Shown piece by piece: positions 41,497 to 42,837 of a DNA stretch of 42,837 nucleotides. The notes beneath the pieces are model-generated. The model was not told the origin of the DNA, did no database searches, and saw nothing but the letters and a program-made list of their open reading frames with translations. How positions within the stretch are numbered: the first letter of the stretch is position 1; every line of letters starts with the position of its first letter. A program made the translations under genes and the position numbers. This stretch comes from a virus, in the IMG/VR virus record IMGVR_UViG_3300045988_062157, positions 1-42,837 of that record. One strand, given 5' to 3'.

Positions 41497-41700
41497 CTTG
41501 GATGTGCAGAGGCAAAGCGCTGCAAGGCGAGGGCGTAGCGTTGCAAGGCAATGCAGGGCATAGACACGCAACGGCAGAGCAAGACAGTGAACAGCCGAGC
41601 GATGGCAAGGCATAGCATTACACAGCTCAGCGAGGGCATAGCATTGCAAAGCTCAGCGCCGCGACGGCAAGGCATGGCGATGACGAGCAACGGCAAAGTT
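41465..41700 (+). repeat. T-poor degenerate GGCA-phased array (block 3), including a 26-nt tandem pair
   Basis: GGCA/GGGCA recurs at 10-11 nt spacing (for example 41479, 41489, 41511, 41531, 41547, 41557). ggcatagcattacacagctcagcgag is followed by ggcatagcattgcaaagctcagcgcc (41609-41660). Confidence 0.6.
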
Positions 41701-41732
41701 TGAGGAACGAAACAACAGGAGGACAAAAAATC

Positions 41733-42362
41733 ATGAAAAAGCTGAAAATTCACGTGACATTCACCGAGGGCATTCTCGGCACGGCAACCGCAGATCCGGA
41801 AATCTACAGCCGGTTCATCGGCTCGAAGAGCCCGGACGCGGCAACACTGCCGGAGGAAGTCGCGGCACTCGGTGAGGACGCAATCATCGAGCGCGGCACG
41901 ACCGTGTTCCCCAAGGACGAGGACGGCACGCCTTTTCTCTGGGATTACCAGATCAAGGGGTTTTTCAAGGACGCCTGCGGTATGCTGGCACGTCTCAGCG
42001 GCAAAGACCCGGCTACCGGCAAGAAGCGCAAGGCGGTAAACGAGTCCGGAAAGCTGACGGCGTACAAGAAGGTCATCGACGGCCTGATCTTCGTCGAGCC
42101 GCGCCGCATTCGCCTCGATACCCCGGGCGCAATCACGATCTGCCAGCGTTCGCTGAGAGCGCAGACCGCGCAGGGCGAACGGACGGCACTCAGCAGCAGC
42201 GAGGAATGCCCGGCGGGCACGACGTGCGAAATGACGATCCTCTGCTTGGATGACGCGCACGAAAAAGCGGTGCGCGAGTGGCTGGACTACGGCGCGCTGC
42301 GCGGTATCGGACAGTGGAGGAACAGCTCGAAGGGGCGGTTCAAGTGGGAGGAAGTCAAGTGA
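41733..42362 (+). CDS. hypothetical early protein (209 aa)
   Basis: AGGAGG RBS. LWDYQIKGFFKDAC...RSLRAQTAQGERTAL...GIGQWRNSSKGRFKWEE. No family assigned with confidence. Confidence 0.6.
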   Translation: MKKLKIHVTFTEGILGTATADPEIYSRFIGSKSPDAATLPEEVAALGEDAIIERGTTVFPKDEDGTPFLWDYQIKGFFKDACGMLARLSGKDPATGKKRKAVNESGKLTAYKKVIDGLIFVEPRRIRLDTPGAITICQRSLRAQTAQGERTALSSSEECPAGTTCEMTILCLDDAHEKAVREWLDYGALRGIGQWRNSSKGRFKWEEVK

Positions 42363-42837
42363 TGAAATGCTTCAAGGGATTCGACAAGGACTTGCGCTGC
42401 AAGGGCTTTCAGTACGAAGTCGGCAAGGAGTACGAAACCGAGCGAGCGGAAATTTGCGATGAGGGGTTTCACGCCTGTGAGTTTCCGCTCGATGTGCTGG
42501 GATATTACAATCCAGCGGATAGCCGGTTCTGCGAGGTCGAGCTTGACGCAAACGAGCAGACGCACAACGACAGCATGCGCGTCGGAAAGAAAATCAAAAT
42601 CGGCGCGGAGATCGGGCTTTCCGGACTGGTTAAGGCTGGCGTGAAGTTTATCCTCGAAAAAGCTGATTTCGAGCATGCGAAAGCGACAAACACCGGCAAC
42701 TATAGCGCAGCGACAAACACCGGCAACTATAGCGCAGCGACAAACACCGGCAACTGTAGCGCAGCGACAAACACCGGCGACCGTAGCGCAGCGACAAACA
42801 CCGGCGACTGTAGCGCAGCGACAAACACCGGCGACTG
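42362..42837 (+). CDS. N-terminal part of the nonapeptide-repeat protein (DUF7666-like N-domain, tentative); runs off the right edge
   Basis: The ATG shares its A with the upstream TGA. MKCFKGFDKDLRCKGFQYEVGKEYETERAEICDEGFHACEFPLDVLGYYNP..., then ATNTG(N/D)(Y/C/R)SA repeats. No stop before the window end. Confidence 0.75.
   Translation, partial: MKCFKGFDKDLRCKGFQYEVGKEYETERAEICDEGFHACEFPLDVLGYYNPADSRFCEVELDANEQTHNDSMRVGKKIKIGAEIGLSGLVKAGVKFILEKADFEHAKATNTGNYSAATNTGNYSAATNTGNCSAATNTGDRSAATNTGDCSAATNTGD
42683..42837 (+). repeat. 27-bp tandem repeat (about 5.7 units), same unit as at 1..126
   Basis: gcgacaaacaccggc(a/g)ac(t/c)(a/g)tagcgca units read directly. Confidence 0.95.

Larger units (their letters stand above)
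1..42837. mobile_element. Temperate siphovirus-type phage genome, apparently complete and circularly permuted in this window
   Basis: One copy each of integration, immunity, recombination/replication, methylase, late-regulator, packaging, head, tail, lysis and cargo modules. No recognisable host gene. The right-edge gene continues at the left edge inside the same 27-bp repeat. Confidence 0.85.

Noticed and set aside
41733-42362. RAMP/Cas6-like glycine-rich loop (GIGQWRNSSKGRF) at the C-terminus of the 209-aa early protein
   Set aside because: The resemblance is limited to a short G-x-G...G-x-F string. There is no CRISPR context, and no other RAMP motif that I can verify by eye.

Overview
The window reads as one complete temperate tailed-phage genome. 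It looks siphovirus-like: tape measure present, no sheath gene. It is circularly permuted, and no host flank is visible. The gene cut by the right edge (42362..42837) continues at the left edge (2..328). Both edges fall inside the same 27-bp tandem repeat, and overlapping the shared terminal hexamer cgactg keeps the reading frame. Module order on the + strand:

- early and recombination genes (Gp157-like, ERF, NinB-like, HNH, SSB, replisome organiser, RusA)
- two DNA methyltransferases and a Lar-like protein
- many translationally coupled mini-ORFs
- a LemA pair
- a sigma-region-4-like late regulator
- an ORF-free structured region of about 0.8 kb
- a small antisense island controlled by an RHH protein
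- terminase, portal, HK97-type capsid, tail, fibres, holin and amidase
- a six-gene cargo operon
- an attP-like site (tRNA-Val 3' fragment plus arm repeats) with a tyrosine integrase
- lysogeny-side morons, an antirepressor, and a CI/Cro-type switch with three operators

I found no rRNA, complete tRNA, CRISPR array, transposase or reverse transcriptase. The best candidates for something new, in order:

1. The 10816..11620 region looks like a large ornate ncRNA, with GNRA/UUCG-capped hairpins and internally duplicated hairpin modules that carry compensatory changes.
2. The cargo operon 31284..34239 encodes Cys/Gly/Tyr-rich proteins and has its own sigma-like regulator.
3. An AT-rich orphan gene at 37872..38957 is bracketed by perfect 22-bp direct repeats.
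4. T-poor, 11-bp-phased AGGGCA/GGCA arrays lie at 40.6-41.7 kb, interleaved with paralogous mini membrane peptides.

All functional calls rest on motif recognition by eye and from memory. No database search was run.
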